Below the pieces are notes generated by a model that saw only the letters and a list, made by a program, of their open reading frames with translations, was not told where the DNA came from and did no database searches. From contig CM119264.1 of assembly GCA_051294375.1 (NCBI GenBank), positions 14,596,682 to 14,660,681 of the forward strand: a stretch of DNA of 64,000 nucleotides, given 5' to 3'. A program made the position numbers and the translations under genes. This DNA is from Paraspadella gotoi (lineage: Eukaryota > Animalia > Chaetognatha). Positions 63,925 through 64,000 of this stretch are shown here, piece after piece (positions within the stretch are counted from its first letter, which is position 1; every line of letters starts with the position of its first letter).

Positions 63925-64000
63925 GTAAAACGATGTTTTTTGTTTTTGTTTAAACATTTTTAAAGAATAATCATTAGAATATTCAAGAGAATTCGTCATT

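Overview
Compact metazoan nuclear DNA (standard genetic code, spliceosomal introns mostly 50-100 nt, CpG-rich exons, draft quality with one N gap and probable indel errors). Two large host genes point away from each other. One is a class II PI3-kinase (minus strand, ATG 21749, running off the left edge before the kinase domain). The other is a nesprin-1/MSP300-type giant spectrin-repeat gene (plus strand, from about 28.8 kb off the right edge). Their introns hold eight antisense nested genes. Inside PI3K-C2 are DNAI2 (3' part), CFAP91, PIERCE1/2, UBE2U and an RFX1/2/3 transcription factor; four of these are spaced only 161-282 nt apart, as in an operon. Inside nesprin are a divergent rhodopsin-class GPCR, an unknown coiled-coil gene and a CCDC42/CFAP73-like gene. 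DNAAF1/LRRC50 lies between the hosts. Most small genes are motile-cilium/flagellum genes, next to their master regulator RFX. Other observations: nesprin's first CH domain is absent from the window (possible second level of nesting), microsatellites are strand-polarised relative to splice sites, and several small mobile-element relics are present. All homology calls are from recalled motifs and manual translation, not database searches; exon boundaries were read by eye.
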